From NCBI GenBank assembly GCA_029259115.1, contig JAPDJO010000034.1:1-59936 (forward strand): a stretch of 59,936 nt of DNA, in the 5' to 3' direction. Made by a program: the position numbers and the translations under genes. Every line of letters starts with the position of its first letter. Positions within the stretch are counted from its first letter, which is position 1. Below, piece by piece: positions 19,833 through 30,957 of this stretch. Below the pieces are notes generated by a model. That model saw nothing but the letters and a program-made list of their open reading frames with translations, did not search any database and was not told where the DNA came from. The DNA is from Thermoplasmatota archaeon (GTDB lineage Archaea; Thermoplasmatota; E2; DHVEG-1; B18-G2).

Positions 19833-21059
19833 TTATGCCCCAAACTTCTCTAGCCAATCACAGTAACCAAAGAGTATGGGTATAACCCTCCCGCTTATCC
19901 TTCCTAGACCTCCTTTCATGGCAGATCTCTCACTGAATCTTTTGACATCATCTGGTGTGACATTTCTTCCAGCTATAATTATCGGAACCGGATCAGCTGT
20001 ATGATCTCCAAATTCTATAGGCGTAGAGTGATCTCCTGTAAATGCTATGTGGACGTCATCTAAATCCACATTTTCTAGCAGATAACCTAAGGCTTGATCT
20101 ATTTTCTCTATGAACTCTATCTTGGATTTCGCATCATGATCGTGTGCACAGGAATCCGCACCCTTGAAATGGATAAAAACAAAATCTTTTCCTTTATCCA
20201 GCTCCTCGAGAGCTGCTTTTACTTTGCTGATGAGATCAGAGTCTTTTCTTCCTGTTGCGCCTTCCGGTTTGATGGTTTTTAATCCAATAGCCTTTGCTAT
20301 TCCGAGATACAACGCTCCACCAGCGATAGCAGAGCCTTCTATGCCGTAGATCTCTCTTAAAGATTTTATCTTGGGTTTGATAGAACCCCCTCTTAGCAGA
20401 ACTATATTCGCTGGAGGTTTCCTTTCCCTCTCTCTCCTCTTGTTTACTGGTAGATTCTTCAAGATCTGGTGAGATCTTTGTATGAATTCATTTACAATCT
20501 CGGCTGTTCTCCTTGCTGATTCATCATCGGTTAACGCTTTTACCTTCTCTACCTTCAAGCCAACTTTATGAGGGTCTGCATCTGTTATGTTATGTGAGAG
20601 ATTTTCGCCTCTTAATATTAAGGCACCTCTGTGTTCTACGCTGGATCTATAAATTATTTTAACATCCTTAATTTCTATACTGTTAATTGCCTCCTCTATC
20701 TCTTTTAAACCCTCATTTATCCTCCCTGCTCTTCTATCTATAACCTTGAGATTATTATCTACAGTGGCAAGATTCGCTCTGAAACAGATATCACCATCTT
20801 TAACTTCCATGCCTATTCCTAAAGCCTCAAAGACCCCTCTTCCGGTGTATACCTTTTCGGGATCATACCCGAATATCGAAAGATGCGCAGTATCGCTACC
20901 CGGTCTAACTCCAGGTTTAATCGGATCTAGTAAGCCATTTATCCCAATGGCAGCTAATCTGTCTAGATTTGGAGTATTTGCAGCCTCTAAACAGGTTTTT
21001 CCATTGTAATCTGTTGGTCTCCCTCCCAAACCATCCGCTATTATCAGTATCGCCTTCAT
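19833..21059 (-). CDS. apgM: 2,3-BPG-independent phosphoglycerate mutase
   Basis: DGLG, PGSDTAHL, YTGRGVFEA, DSCAHD, GDHSTP. Confidence 0.93.
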   Translation of the reverse strand: MKAILIIADGLGGRPTDYNGKTCLEAANTPNLDRLAAIGINGLLDPIKPGVRPGSDTAHLSIFGYDPEKVYTGRGVFEALGIGMEVKDGDICFRANLATVDNNLKVIDRRAGRINEGLKEIEEAINSIEIKDVKIIYRSSVEHRGALILRGENLSHNITDADPHKVGLKVEKVKALTDDESARRTAEIVNEFIQRSHQILKNLPVNKRRERERKPPANIVLLRGGSIKPKIKSLREIYGIEGSAIAGGALYLGIAKAIGLKTIKPEGATGRKDSDLISKVKAALEELDKGKDFVFIHFKGADSCAHDHDAKSKIEFIEKIDQALGYLLENVDLDDVHIAFTGDHSTPIEFGDHTADPVPIIIAGRNVTPDDVKRFSERSAMKGGLGRISGRVIPILFGYCDWLEKFGA

Positions 21060-21151
21060 ATTTAACGATGGAAGAATGTCTTATTGATAGAAAAGTTTGT
21101 CTGATTTAATCATGAAAAGTATATAAGGATTCTCTATATTGCGGTAAAAGA

Positions 21152-21466
21152 ATGACTTCAATTTCAAGATATATCAAGAGCATAAGAGAAAAAGAAGAGG
21201 AGGCGAAATCGAGGATAGAAAAGGCCAAGGCAGAAGCTGAAAGGATATTAAGAGAGACCGAAAAGGAAATAGAAAAAATCAAGGAGAGGATAAGAAAAGA
21301 GATGAACAGAGAAATAGCAAGTATGGAGGAAAAGATAGAGGAGGAGATTGAGAGGGAGAGAAGGAGAATAACAGAGGATAGCAAGAAGGAATTGAGAGAA
21401 ATTGAAGAGAGAGCTATCAAGAATATGGACAAGGCTGTTGAGGCAATATTGAAGGAGATAAGATGA
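21152..21466 (+). CDS. atpH: A/V-type ATP synthase subunit H (G)
   Basis: E/K/R coiled coil; first gene of the operon. Confidence 0.8.
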   Translation: MTSISRYIKSIREKEEEAKSRIEKAKAEAERILRETEKEIEKIKERIRKEMNREIASMEEKIEEEIERERRRITEDSKKELREIEERAIKNMDKAVEAILKEIR

Positions 21467-23433
21467 GCCTATTCCCAGAGAAGATAAACAAAGTATCTGT
21501 ATTGATTCATTCCTCGGATCTAGAAAGGGTAATAGATACGATATCTGAAAGAGGTATAATCCACATCACAGATATTGGTTCAAAAGAAAACATCTCTAAA
21601 GATCCTGAGATAGATAGTGTTATCTCAAAGATAATTTCCTATGAAAACAGGTTGAAAAAGATCGTGTCGATACTGAGGCCTTACAGAAAAAGACCTTCAG
21701 GTATAAGAGCTATAATATCTCCCCCAGAGATTGAAAAGATAAGAGTCAAGAAGAAAAGTATAGACGAGCTTTTGGATGAAACAGAGAAAAATCTTGCAAA
21801 TTTTGAGCAGAAAATACTAGAGATAGATTCTAAGCTCAAATCTTTAGATGAAAGTATAAAGGCAAAAGATTCCCTTATCTCAAAGCTGTCCAACCTTCAG
21901 TTTTTAGATTTTGATCTCAGTTATGTGAAAGAGAGTGAACATATTATCTTGAGAGCAGGGATATCAAAAGATTTAGATCTCTTGAGGAAGAAAGTAGAAG
22001 AACTGGGGGGCATATTCGATTACAGATCTCTCGGCAGAGGAAAGGATAGGAGATGGGTAGTAGTAGCTGTGTTTCATCAAACAAAGAGAGAAGAGGCTGA
22101 TAAGCTCTGGCAGAGATATGTTGAGGAGATAGAAATTCCAGATATTCCCGGAAAACCTTCCGAGATAATAAAAAGATTAAAGAGGGAGATAAAAGGCGCT
22201 GAAAAAGAAATCGCAGAGCTCAAAAATGAACTGAGAAAGATAGCGAACAAAGATATGATAAAAATTCTTGCAAATCTTGAGGAACTAACGATAGAGAAAG
22301 TAAAACTCGAGGCAAAGAAGAATTTTGGCAAGACAGAGAGAGTCTATCTCATAGAGGGGTGGGTTCTGAAAGAAAGAGTGAAGGAGTTTCTGAACCTCTT
22401 AGAGAGGATAACGGACAAGAGATTTGCATATACCATATCGAATCCTTCGGGAAATCCTGAAGAGCCGCCCACTTACATAAAGACTGGAAAGATAACCAAA
22501 CCATTTAAGCCCCTTTTAACCCTGTTTGGTCTGCCAAAGTACAGGGAAATAAACCCTCTAATCTTCATAACCCTATGGTTTCCTCTAATGTTTGGTTTTA
22601 TGCTTGGAGATGCTGGATATGGGCTAGTTATACTTTTTGGATCTCTAATTGCTTTCCTCAAGCTAGGTAAAAGATCTAGGATGATAAGAGAGTGGTCTAT
22701 CATTGGAATATTCCTCGGAATCTGGACAACAATATTTGGATATATGTCAAACAGCTTCTTTGGAGATCTTCTACCAAGATTTTTCGGTACAGATCTTCCA
22801 AGAATCAATATTTTTGGTGTAAAAATACCTATAGATGGATTAAGAAATCCTCTCATCTTTTTAGAAATCGCTTTAATCCTGGGACTCATTCATCTCAATA
22901 TAGGGCTGATCCTTGGAATATATCAGGACCTGAAAAACAACAAGATAAAGGATTTAATCTGCGGAAAGTTTTCCTTCATTCTACTCCAGATATTTGGAGG
23001 AGCCCTGATCGGAGAGTATCTTTTAAAGATATGGGAATTATCTTCAACCTTCAAAACTGTATCCTACATTGGAGTTCTGATTGGCATAGCCCTTTTAGCC
23101 TTGGAAGCAAAGGGAATGGTATTCCTAGAGTTGATGGGGTTTGTTGGAGATTGGTTATCTTATGCAAGGTTACTTGCCCTTGGTCTTGCCACAGCAGGTA
23201 TGGCTTTAGCATTTAACATAGTTGCACAGTTGTTTGGCGATATGATACATGTTACTGTTTCTATATTTATACTGCTCATAGCGCATCTGGCTACTATGGG
23301 TTTGAATTCTCTTGGTGCAGCTGTTCATAGCTTAAGGTTGCAGTATGTTGAATTCTTTAACAGGTTTTATGAGGGCGGAGGCAAAGAGTTTGCCCCGCTA
23401 AAAGCGAAAAGGAAATATACCGAGTTGATATGA
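21463..23433 (+). CDS. atpI: A/V-type ATP synthase subunit I (a)
   Basis: FGFMLGDAGYG, LSYARLLAL, HSLRLQYVEFF. Confidence 0.96.
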   Translation: MSLFPEKINKVSVLIHSSDLERVIDTISERGIIHITDIGSKENISKDPEIDSVISKIISYENRLKKIVSILRPYRKRPSGIRAIISPPEIEKIRVKKKSIDELLDETEKNLANFEQKILEIDSKLKSLDESIKAKDSLISKLSNLQFLDFDLSYVKESEHIILRAGISKDLDLLRKKVEELGGIFDYRSLGRGKDRRWVVVAVFHQTKREEADKLWQRYVEEIEIPDIPGKPSEIIKRLKREIKGAEKEIAELKNELRKIANKDMIKILANLEELTIEKVKLEAKKNFGKTERVYLIEGWVLKERVKEFLNLLERITDKRFAYTISNPSGNPEEPPTYIKTGKITKPFKPLLTLFGLPKYREINPLIFITLWFPLMFGFMLGDAGYGLVILFGSLIAFLKLGKRSRMIREWSIIGIFLGIWTTIFGYMSNSFFGDLLPRFFGTDLPRINIFGVKIPIDGLRNPLIFLEIALILGLIHLNIGLILGIYQDLKNNKIKDLICGKFSFILLQIFGGALIGEYLLKIWELSSTFKTVSYIGVLIGIALLALEAKGMVFLELMGFVGDWLSYARLLALGLATAGMALAFNIVAQLFGDMIHVTVSIFILLIAHLATMGLNSLGAAVHSLRLQYVEFFNRFYEGGGKEFAPLKAKRKYTELI

Positions 23434-23444
23434 GGTGAGGTGAG

Positions 23445-24026
23445 ATGAGAAAATATGGTATAATGGGAATGATGCTGGTGGCAAGCATACTACTACTGGC
23501 CAGTCCCGCATTTGCTCAGGAAAGTAACAACAACGAACTACAGAAGAAAAATCAATCTCTGGTTGTTCTAGCCTGTACCCTGGCTATGGCTATAGCAGGA
23601 ATAGCCTCAGCGATAGGTATATCGATAGGAGGTATTTCTGCGGCTGCGGTTACTGCAGAGAAACCAGAGGTGTTTAGCAGAGTACTTATCCTAGAAATGC
23701 TACCAATGACTCAGACCATCTACGCGTTTATAGCCTCTGTTCTTCTGTTGATGGGAGCAGGTCTCCTTGGAGGAAAAGCATCGATGGATCTCCTGAATCC
23801 TACAATAGGTAACTCAGCAATATTCGTGGGTCTGCTGATAGGATTGACAGGATTATCTGCCATAAATCAAGGATTGATCGCAAGCGCAGGTATAACGGCT
23901 ACAGGTAGAAATCCAAGCGTTGCAGGTAGAGGTATAATGCTTGCTGTAATGCCAGAGACAATAGCTATATTTGGATTCCTGGTTGGATTACTGATAATGG
24001 TTCTAGGACTGAAGATCCTAGGATAG
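23445..24026 (+). CDS. atpK: A/V-type ATP synthase subunit K (c), two hairpins plus leader
   Basis: LPMTQTIY in hairpin 1; AINQG and MPETIAIFG in hairpin 2. Confidence 0.93.
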   Translation: MRKYGIMGMMLVASILLLASPAFAQESNNNELQKKNQSLVVLACTLAMAIAGIASAIGISIGGISAAAVTAEKPEVFSRVLILEMLPMTQTIYAFIASVLLLMGAGLLGGKASMDLLNPTIGNSAIFVGLLIGLTGLSAINQGLIASAGITATGRNPSVAGRGIMLAVMPETIAIFGFLVGLLIMVLGLKILG

Positions 24027-24033
24027 ATGGGAT

Positions 24034-24603
24034 ATGGCTCTCGAGGACATACTTTCTAAGATCAAGGAAGAGGCAGATAGAGAGATAGAGCAGATACTAT
24101 CCAGAGCTAGAGAGGAAAGAAACAAGAGGTTGAAAGAGGCTGAGAAGGAGATAAATAAGGAAAAGGAGCAGAAGATAAAGAGGGCAGAGAGAGACCTGGA
24201 AAACAGGAAGAAAGCAGAGATAGCAAAGATAAGGCAAGAAGCAAAAAAAGAAGTAATGCAACTGAAAGAGAAGATGATCAAGGAGTGCTTCGATAGAGCC
24301 TTAGAGAAACTCAAAAATCTGAGGGGTAAAGATTATGAGAGGATCGTGGAGAGTCTCATGAGATCAACCATGAAGGAGATAGGAAAGGATTGTATAGTAA
24401 TACCTTCCAGAGACGAAGATACAAAGATAGCTAAGAAATTGGGATTAAAAGTTGAAAACAAAAAGATAAAATCAGCGGGAGGCTTCACAGCAAAATCGAA
24501 AGATGGCAGGATAACTATAGATAACAGATTTGAGAGTATACTCAAGAGAAAGGAGAGAGAAATAAGAGCAAAAGTGGGAAGTATTCTGTTTGGAGGTGAG
24601 TAG
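24034..24603 (+). CDS. atpE: A/V-type ATP synthase subunit E
   Basis: MALEDILSKI coiled coil; GGF...DGRITIDNRF. Confidence 0.92.
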   Translation: MALEDILSKIKEEADREIEQILSRAREERNKRLKEAEKEINKEKEQKIKRAERDLENRKKAEIAKIRQEAKKEVMQLKEKMIKECFDRALEKLKNLRGKDYERIVESLMRSTMKEIGKDCIVIPSRDEDTKIAKKLGLKVENKKIKSAGGFTAKSKDGRITIDNRFESILKRKEREIRAKVGSILFGGE

Positions 24604-24605
24604 GG

Positions 24606-25664
24606 CTGGATACCATAATATATCTAGCGATAGGATTCTCTGGATTTGTCATTGCTATCATGGTTTATAGATCTATACCATACATAAGGTTTGCATATCC
24701 GACCGCAAAGATCGAATCCATAGGAAATCCCTTCATTACAGAAAAGGCTCTAAATCAACTTTTAGAAGCAAGATCTCTAAACTCTTTTAAAAATTTGGTA
24801 AACTCCTACAAGGATTTTAGTGTAGATGGAGAAAAGGATGGGGATATTCAAAGATCTTTAGATCTGAACATGATAAATTCTGTTGAAACACTAAAAGAGG
24901 ATAGCCCAAAGAGTTTGAGAGGGTTTTATGATCGTTTTGTGGAATTTCTAGATAGCTACAATCTTAAGAATTTCCTAAAAGCAAAGGTAAAGGGTTTAGA
25001 ATTAGACATAACTCCGTTCTCAAGAGACTTTAGGAGAATTGTAGATTTGATTAAAACTGCAGATAAAGAGGAGATACCCAAGATACTTGGGGAATTTGGA
25101 TTGGATATATCCATAGACACTGATCCAATAGATATAGATCTCCAGATAGATAGGTATGTTATAGAGGGATTAAGCAAGGCAAAAGTTCCTAAAATAGCGA
25201 GAGAAGCGAGAGACGAGTTTGTAGGGAGACTAATAGATATAGCGAACATAAGAAATCTGATAAGGATGAAGATGAGCGAAATTTCTCTAGATGGGTACGA
25301 GAGATTGTTTTTGGGAGAAGGGAGAGAAATAGCTGAGTGGAGGTTCAAAGATTTATTTATGGCCAAAAATCTAGATGAAATCATATCTGGATTAGAAGGA
25401 ACATCTTATTATGATACGATCAAGCAGGGATATGAAGAAAGCAAGAGATATGATAACACTCAAATTCTGGAGATTAGTCTAGATAAGATGATGTTGAAAT
25501 CTGTAGAGGAGATATCAATGAGGAATTTTCCTTTTCTTGGTCCACTACTCAAATTCATTGTATCAAGGTACTTCGAGATAAGAAACCTTAAAGTTATAGT
25601 TAAAGGTATTGAGGAGAATCTTTCAAAGGATAGGATAAAACCTCTGTTAATAATTGGTGGTTGA
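24606..25664 (+). CDS. atpC: A/V-type ATP synthase subunit C
   Basis: FAYPTAKI and EIRNLKVI. Start extended to in-frame CTG after the SD; alternative ATG at 24660. Confidence 0.88.
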   Translation: MDTIIYLAIGFSGFVIAIMVYRSIPYIRFAYPTAKIESIGNPFITEKALNQLLEARSLNSFKNLVNSYKDFSVDGEKDGDIQRSLDLNMINSVETLKEDSPKSLRGFYDRFVEFLDSYNLKNFLKAKVKGLELDITPFSRDFRRIVDLIKTADKEEIPKILGEFGLDISIDTDPIDIDLQIDRYVIEGLSKAKVPKIAREARDEFVGRLIDIANIRNLIRMKMSEISLDGYERLFLGEGREIAEWRFKDLFMAKNLDEIISGLEGTSYYDTIKQGYEESKRYDNTQILEISLDKMMLKSVEEISMRNFPFLGPLLKFIVSRYFEIRNLKVIVKGIEENLSKDRIKPLLIIGG

Positions 25665-25665
25665 T

Positions 25666-25986
25666 ATGAAGATAGTCGCGATATGTGATGAAGATACCGC
25701 AATAGGCCTGGAGCTTGCAGGCATACATGAGGTATATGTTCCTGATGGAGATGAGAGAGAGATATTCCATGAGATTATAGAGAGAGAAGACGTTGGTATC
25801 ATGTTTGTAACAGAAGATGTGGCAAAGTCTATAAGTAGAGATCTCAAGGAATTTTTCCTCCAAGGCAAGGAGTTTCCTATAATTGTTGAGATTCCTGGAA
25901 AGGAAAAGGTGGAAGGTTACATCGATAACATATCTTCTCTGATAAAGAGAGCGGTTGGTGTAAGCGTAGAAAGGAGGGCGCTGTAA
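25666..25986 (+). CDS. atpF: A/V-type ATP synthase subunit F
   Basis: [20 protein letters not shown]...PIIVEIP...IKRAVG. Confidence 0.93.
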   Translation: MKIVAICDEDTAIGLELAGIHEVYVPDGDEREIFHEIIEREDVGIMFVTEDVAKSISRDLKEFFLQGKEFPIIVEIPGKEKVEGYIDNISSLIKRAVGVSVERRAL

Positions 25987-25987
25987 C

Positions 25988-27766
25988 ATGAAAGAAGGTA
26001 GAATAATAAAGATATCTGGTCCGGTCGTTGAAGCCAAGGGAATGAGAGGAGCAAAGATGTACGATGTCGTTAGAGTGGGAGATGAAAATCTTATAGGTGA
26101 GATAATAAGGCTAAACGAGGATATTGCAACGATACAAGTTTATGAGGAGACAACCGGATTAAGACCAGGAGAAAAAGTTATTTCCACTGGAGAACCACTT
26201 TCTGCAGAGTTGGGGCCAGGACTACTGACAAACATATTTGATGGTATTCAGAGACCTCTTGTTCAGATCAAGGATAGTGTTGGAGATTTTATCACAAGAG
26301 GCATTGATATACCTGCGTTGGATAGAAAGAAGAAGTGGAAGTTTAAACCTGTAGCAAAGAAGGGAGATAAGGTTGTCTCTGGAGATGTAATTGGTGAGGT
26401 GAAAGAGACTAGCCTGGTTGTGCATAAAATAATGGTACCTCCAGGTGTTGAGGGTAAGATAAAGGAGATAGTTGGTGAAGGGGAGTTTACAGTAGAAGAT
26501 ACCATAGCAGTGGTTGAGGGTAAAAAAGGAAAAACAGAGATAAAGATGATGCAGAAGTGGCCAGTGAGAAAAGGAAGACCATACAAAAAGAGACTAGACC
26601 CAACAACTCCTCTTGTAACTGGTCAGAGGGTCATTGATACATTCTTTCCCATAGCTAAGGGAGGGACAGCAGCTATACCAGGAGGATTTGGAACTGGAAA
26701 GACTGTAATGCTTCATCAACTTGCAAAGTGGAGTGATGCGGATATCATAGTATACATAGGATGTGGAGAGAGAGGGAACGAGATGACAGATGTTTTGAGA
26801 GAGTTTCCAGAATTAAAAGATCCGAGAAGCGGAGAACCTCTGATGAACAGAACTGTACTGATAGCAAATACATCAAACATGCCCGTTGCTGCGAGAGATG
26901 CAAGCGTTTATACTGGTATAACTCTAGCAGAGTATTACAGAGACATGGGGTATGATGTTGCTCTGATGGCAGATTCAACATCGAGATGGGCAGAGGCAAT
27001 GAGGGAGATATCTGGGAGATTGGAGGAGATGCCTGGAGAGGAAGGATATCCAGCGTATCTCGCATCAAGACTTGCAGAGTTTTATGAAAGAGCTGGAAGA
27101 GTCGTAACTCTAGGATCAGAGGAAAGGGAGGGATCAATATCTGTTATGGGTGCGGTATCTCCGCCTGGCGGTGACTTCTCTGAGCCAGTTGCACAGAATA
27201 CTCTAAGGATAGTGAAGGTTTTCTGGGCTCTGGATTCGGATCTCGCAGATAGAAGGCATTTCCCGGCTATTCACTGGCTGAGATCCTATTCTCTGTATGT
27301 TGATAGCATAAGGCATTACTGGGAAAGTATAGGAAAAGGCTGGTATGAGTTGAGATCCAGAGCACTGGCTTTGCTTCAGAAAGAAGCTGAATTGCAAGAG
27401 ATAGTTAGATTGGTTGGTCCGGATGCACTACCTCAGCAGGAGAGAGCCATACTAGAAGGAGCGAGAATGATAAGAGAAGATTTTCTGCAGCAGAGCGCAT
27501 TTCATGAAATAGATACGTTCTGTCCAGAGAAGAAGCAATACGAGATGTTGAGAATAATCTTGAAATTCTTTGATAAGATGGTATCTGCAATCAACAAGGG
27601 AGTACACATAGAGGATATACTCAAGATGAAGAGCATAGAGATCATAGCAAGGATGAAGATAGTTGATAATGAAAAGTTTGAGAAGGAATTTAAAAAGGTA
27701 GAAAAAGAGGTTGAGAAGGAATTTGAATCACTTGTAGGGGGTAAACAGAATGGTAAGCAAGGCTAA
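25988..27766 (+). CDS. atpA: A/V-type ATP synthase subunit A
   Basis: [26 protein letters not shown]. No intein seen. Confidence 0.98.
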   Translation: MKEGRIIKISGPVVEAKGMRGAKMYDVVRVGDENLIGEIIRLNEDIATIQVYEETTGLRPGEKVISTGEPLSAELGPGLLTNIFDGIQRPLVQIKDSVGDFITRGIDIPALDRKKKWKFKPVAKKGDKVVSGDVIGEVKETSLVVHKIMVPPGVEGKIKEIVGEGEFTVEDTIAVVEGKKGKTEIKMMQKWPVRKGRPYKKRLDPTTPLVTGQRVIDTFFPIAKGGTAAIPGGFGTGKTVMLHQLAKWSDADIIVYIGCGERGNEMTDVLREFPELKDPRSGEPLMNRTVLIANTSNMPVAARDASVYTGITLAEYYRDMGYDVALMADSTSRWAEAMREISGRLEEMPGEEGYPAYLASRLAEFYERAGRVVTLGSEEREGSISVMGAVSPPGGDFSEPVAQNTLRIVKVFWALDSDLADRRHFPAIHWLRSYSLYVDSIRHYWESIGKGWYELRSRALALLQKEAELQEIVRLVGPDALPQQERAILEGARMIREDFLQQSAFHEIDTFCPEKKQYEMLRIILKFFDKMVSAINKGVHIEDILKMKSIEIIARMKIVDNEKFEKEFKKVEKEVEKEFESLVGGKQNGKQG

Positions 27767-29150
27767 GGAGTATTCTACCGTAGCTGAGGTAACAGGTCCT
27801 CTTCTGATAATCGAGGGGGTGGAAGGCGTAGCATATGGAGAGGTAGTGAAGATAAAGACATCAACAGGAGAGGAGAGAACCGGCCAAGTTTTAGAGGCTC
27901 AGGAGGATAAGGCTGTTGTTCAGGTATTTGAAGGTACAAAGGGTCTGGATACAAAGTTCACATCGGTGAGATTTACTGGAGAAACGATGAAGATAGGTCT
28001 ATCAAGAGATATGCTGGGGAGAATATTCGATGGCATGGGCAGACCAAGAGATGGTTTACCAGACATAATTCCAGAGGAGATGAGAGATATAAATGGTTTG
28101 CCAATAAATCCAACTGCTAGAGAGTATCCAAGAGAGTTTATAGAGACGGGAATATCAGCCATAGACGGCATGAATACCCTTGTAAGGGGTCAGAAGCTAC
28201 CCATATTCTCAGGCTCTGGTTTACCTCATAATGAGCTCGCCGCTCAGATAGCGAGGCAAGCCAAAGTTAAAGGTAAGGGAGAGGAGTTCGCTGTAGTTTT
28301 CTGTGCGATGGGAATAACTGAGGAGGAGGCAAACTTCTTTATAAAGAATTTCAGAGAAACTGGAGCCATAGAGAGGACTGTTGTTTTTCTCAACCTCGCT
28401 GATGAGCCGACGATAGAGAGGATTATACTACCAAGAATGGCTCTTACATGTGCAGAGTATCTCGCTTTTGATTTAGATATGCATGTTTTGGTTATATTGA
28501 CTGATATGACAAACTATGCGGAGGCTTTGAGAGAGATATCAGCGGCAAGAGAAGAGGTTCCAGGAAGGAGAGGATACCCTGGATACATGTATACAGATCT
28601 CGCTACGATCTATGAGAGAGCTGGAAGAATTAAAGGAAAGAAAGGATCCATCACTCAGATTCCCATACTGAGTATGCCAGACGATGATATCACACATCCA
28701 ATTCCTGATCTTACAGGTTATATAACCGAGGGGCAGATAGTTTTATCCAGAGAGCTACACAACAAGGGCATATATCCTCCGATAGCTGTCCTTCCATCTC
28801 TATCTAGATTGATGGCTCGGGGTATAGGTAAAGATAGAACGAGAGAGGATCATGCTCAGGTTTCTGATCAGTTGTATGCTGCGTATGCAGAGGGTTGTGA
28901 TCTCAGAGATCTTGTGGCTATAGTTGGAGAAGAAGCACTATCTGAGAGAGATAAGGCATATCTTAAATTTGCTGACGAGTTTGAGAGGAGATTTGTTTCT
29001 CAGGGAAGGGATGAGGATAGATCTATAGAGGAGACATTGACCATAGGATGGGAGCTCTTGTCCATAATTCCAAAGGCTGAGTTGAAGAAGATAGATCCGA
29101 AATACATAGAGAAATACTATCCAAAATCAGAGAGGGAGCATGAAGAGTGA
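27750..29150 (+). CDS. atpB: A/V-type ATP synthase subunit B
   Basis: [28 protein letters not shown]. Confidence 0.98.
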   Translation: MVSKAKEYSTVAEVTGPLLIIEGVEGVAYGEVVKIKTSTGEERTGQVLEAQEDKAVVQVFEGTKGLDTKFTSVRFTGETMKIGLSRDMLGRIFDGMGRPRDGLPDIIPEEMRDINGLPINPTAREYPREFIETGISAIDGMNTLVRGQKLPIFSGSGLPHNELAAQIARQAKVKGKGEEFAVVFCAMGITEEEANFFIKNFRETGAIERTVVFLNLADEPTIERIILPRMALTCAEYLAFDLDMHVLVILTDMTNYAEALREISAAREEVPGRRGYPGYMYTDLATIYERAGRIKGKKGSITQIPILSMPDDDITHPIPDLTGYITEGQIVLSRELHNKGIYPPIAVLPSLSRLMARGIGKDRTREDHAQVSDQLYAAYAEGCDLRDLVAIVGEEALSERDKAYLKFADEFERRFVSQGRDEDRSIEETLTIGWELLSIIPKAELKKIDPKYIEKYYPKSEREHEE

Positions 29151-29799
29151 GATAATAGAAGGGGTAAAACCTACAAGGATGGAGTTGCTTAGAATAAGAA
29201 AGAGACTAGAACTAGCTGAGAAAGGTCATAAGCTCTTGGAAGACAAGAGGGATGCACTTATAGAGAGATTTTTCAAATCCATAAAGAGAAGAGACGAGAT
29301 AAAGAGAGAGGTTGAAGATATTCTCAGCAAAGCTATGCAAGCCCTCATCGAGGCTGAGATGATAATGGGTATTGATCAGGTAAGGATCTCGGCTAAGATG
29401 GTAGGCAAAATAGGAGAATTGAGATTTCTCAGAGATAACATAATGGGGGTTAAGGTTCCGAAGATAGACAGAGAAAATCTGGATTTAAGAGCAGAGAGAT
29501 TCTACAGTTTTACAGGTACATGCATAAGATTGGATGAGGCAAAAAAACTCTTTGAAGAGGCTTTGAGAAAGCTTATTGATTTAGCGGAGATAGATGGAGC
29601 TGTTAAAGCTCTGGCTTTGGAGATAGAGAAAACGAAGAGAAGAGTGAACGTTCTAGAGAATGTTCTTATACCAAAGCTTCAGGCTACGAGGAAAAGGATA
29701 GAGATGCTATTGGAAGAGAGGGAAAGGGAGGATTTCTTTAGAAGGAAAAGGATAAAAGCTATAATGGAGAGGAGGAGCATTGCTAGAGGATCAACTTGA
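29140..29799 (+). CDS. atpD: A/V-type ATP synthase subunit D
   Basis: [26 protein letters not shown]. Confidence 0.96.
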   Translation: MKSEIIEGVKPTRMELLRIRKRLELAEKGHKLLEDKRDALIERFFKSIKRRDEIKREVEDILSKAMQALIEAEMIMGIDQVRISAKMVGKIGELRFLRDNIMGVKVPKIDRENLDLRAERFYSFTGTCIRLDEAKKLFEEALRKLIDLAEIDGAVKALALEIEKTKRRVNVLENVLIPKLQATRKRIEMLLEEREREDFFRRKRIKAIMERRSIARGST

Positions 29800-29926
29800 A
29801 GAGATTTTGGATTCTCCAGAAGAGAGGGCAAAATGGATCAGGAGATTTAGAATAGCCTATCTTCTTTGGATGATAATGCTGGTTTTAGGCATACTATTTT
29901 TAGCTCTCTATTATCTAATAAAATAA
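29780..29926 (+). CDS. Small single-TM protein (48 aa) at the end of the ATP synthase operon
   Basis: GGAGGAG SD then TTG; [48 protein letters not shown]; overlaps the atpD stop. Confidence 0.7.
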   Translation: MLEDQLEEILDSPEERAKWIRRFRIAYLLWMIMLVLGILFLALYYLIK

Positions 29927-29942
29927 AAGAGAGAGGTTTAGA

Positions 29943-30335
29943 TTAGTCTTTACCGATATCCCATATAGCTCTTATCGCTAGCAGTCCTGCGGCTGGCGCT
30001 ATGAATACTGCTAGGGTTGTTGCTACACCCTCAAACAACCAGCCTATGAGCGGTACCATCCCGAAGAGAGTTGCTGTTGCTCCTATACCTACTATAACCA
30101 GCGCTGCTATCAGAAAGTTCGGTATCTCTTCTCTGGTTATAGTTCCGAGTCCAAAGAACGCTATGATACCAACGATGAGACCAAGTACTGCTAGAAATCC
30201 TGAGATATATGCAGCTGCGCTACTGCCCTCTATCCATCGTTCCCAGAATATACCTACTACTACCGCTACCACTATACCTATCAAAAATGCCCATGCTCCA
30301 GCTTTTGCTAGCACATCTTTCTCTGCCTTAGCCAT
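29943..30335 (-). CDS. Hypothetical 4-TM membrane protein
   Basis: Four hydrophobic segments, strong SD, upstream TTTATA. Confidence 0.8.
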   Translation of the reverse strand: MAKAEKDVLAKAGAWAFLIGIVVAVVVGIFWERWIEGSSAAAYISGFLAVLGLIVGIIAFFGLGTITREEIPNFLIAALVIVGIGATATLFGMVPLIGWLFEGVATTLAVFIAPAAGLLAIRAIWDIGKD

Positions 30336-30424
30336 TTTCTATCCTCCTCATCCCTCCTAGTGAATCTAAAAAGTTTCCTCATCATTTATAAATATTTCTT
30401 CAATCGCCTAGCTCGATTTCGTCT

Positions 30425-30459
30425 AAAAACGAAAATTTCTAAATCAATTTTTCGTTTTT
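30425..30459. repeat. 11-bp inverted repeat (operator or terminator candidate)
   Basis: AAAAACGAAAA-N13-TTTTCGTTTTT between the ndk stop and the next promoter. Confidence 0.45.
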
Positions 30460-30465
30460 TGCAGA

Positions 30466-30930
30466 TTATTCAGTCAGCCAGTCTTCGTCTATTCTCTTGT
30501 AATCGCATATCTCCTCTTTCTTAAACCATAGGTTTATCTCGAATTCCGCAGTCTCTTTTCCATCGGACGCATGAACGATGTTTCTCCCTATGTGCTGAGC
30601 ATAATCCCCTCTTATCGTACCTGGCTCAGCTTCTTGAGGATTTGTTTTACCAACCATCTTTCTTACCATCTCTATAACATTGTATCCTTCCAGAACCATC
30701 GCAACGACAGGAGATGATGTTATGTACTTAACCGTAGGTTCAAAGAAAGGCTTTCCTCTGTGCACTTCATAATGCTTCTCTGCAAGCTCTCTATCCACTT
30801 TGATCATCTTCATTGCAACTACCTTTATTCCTCTCTTCTCGAACCTTGATATTATCTCTCCTATCAGTCCTCTCTGGACAGCATCGGGCTTTATCATGAC
30901 AAAAGTTTTTTCTTTTTCCATGATCTTCAC
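30466..30930 (-). CDS. ndk: Nucleoside diphosphate kinase
   Basis: IKPDAVQRGL, PGTIRGDY, RNIVHASD. Confidence 0.97.
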   Translation of the reverse strand: MKIMEKEKTFVMIKPDAVQRGLIGEIISRFEKRGIKVVAMKMIKVDRELAEKHYEVHRGKPFFEPTVKYITSSPVVAMVLEGYNVIEMVRKMVGKTNPQEAEPGTIRGDYAQHIGRNIVHASDGKETAEFEINLWFKKEEICDYKRIDEDWLTE

Positions 30931-30957
30931 CCTTGCAGAAGGGTATGCAAATCCTGT

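Noticed and set aside
18056-29150. Inteins in infB, atpA or atpB
   Set aside because: Lengths are normal and conserved motifs are contiguous.
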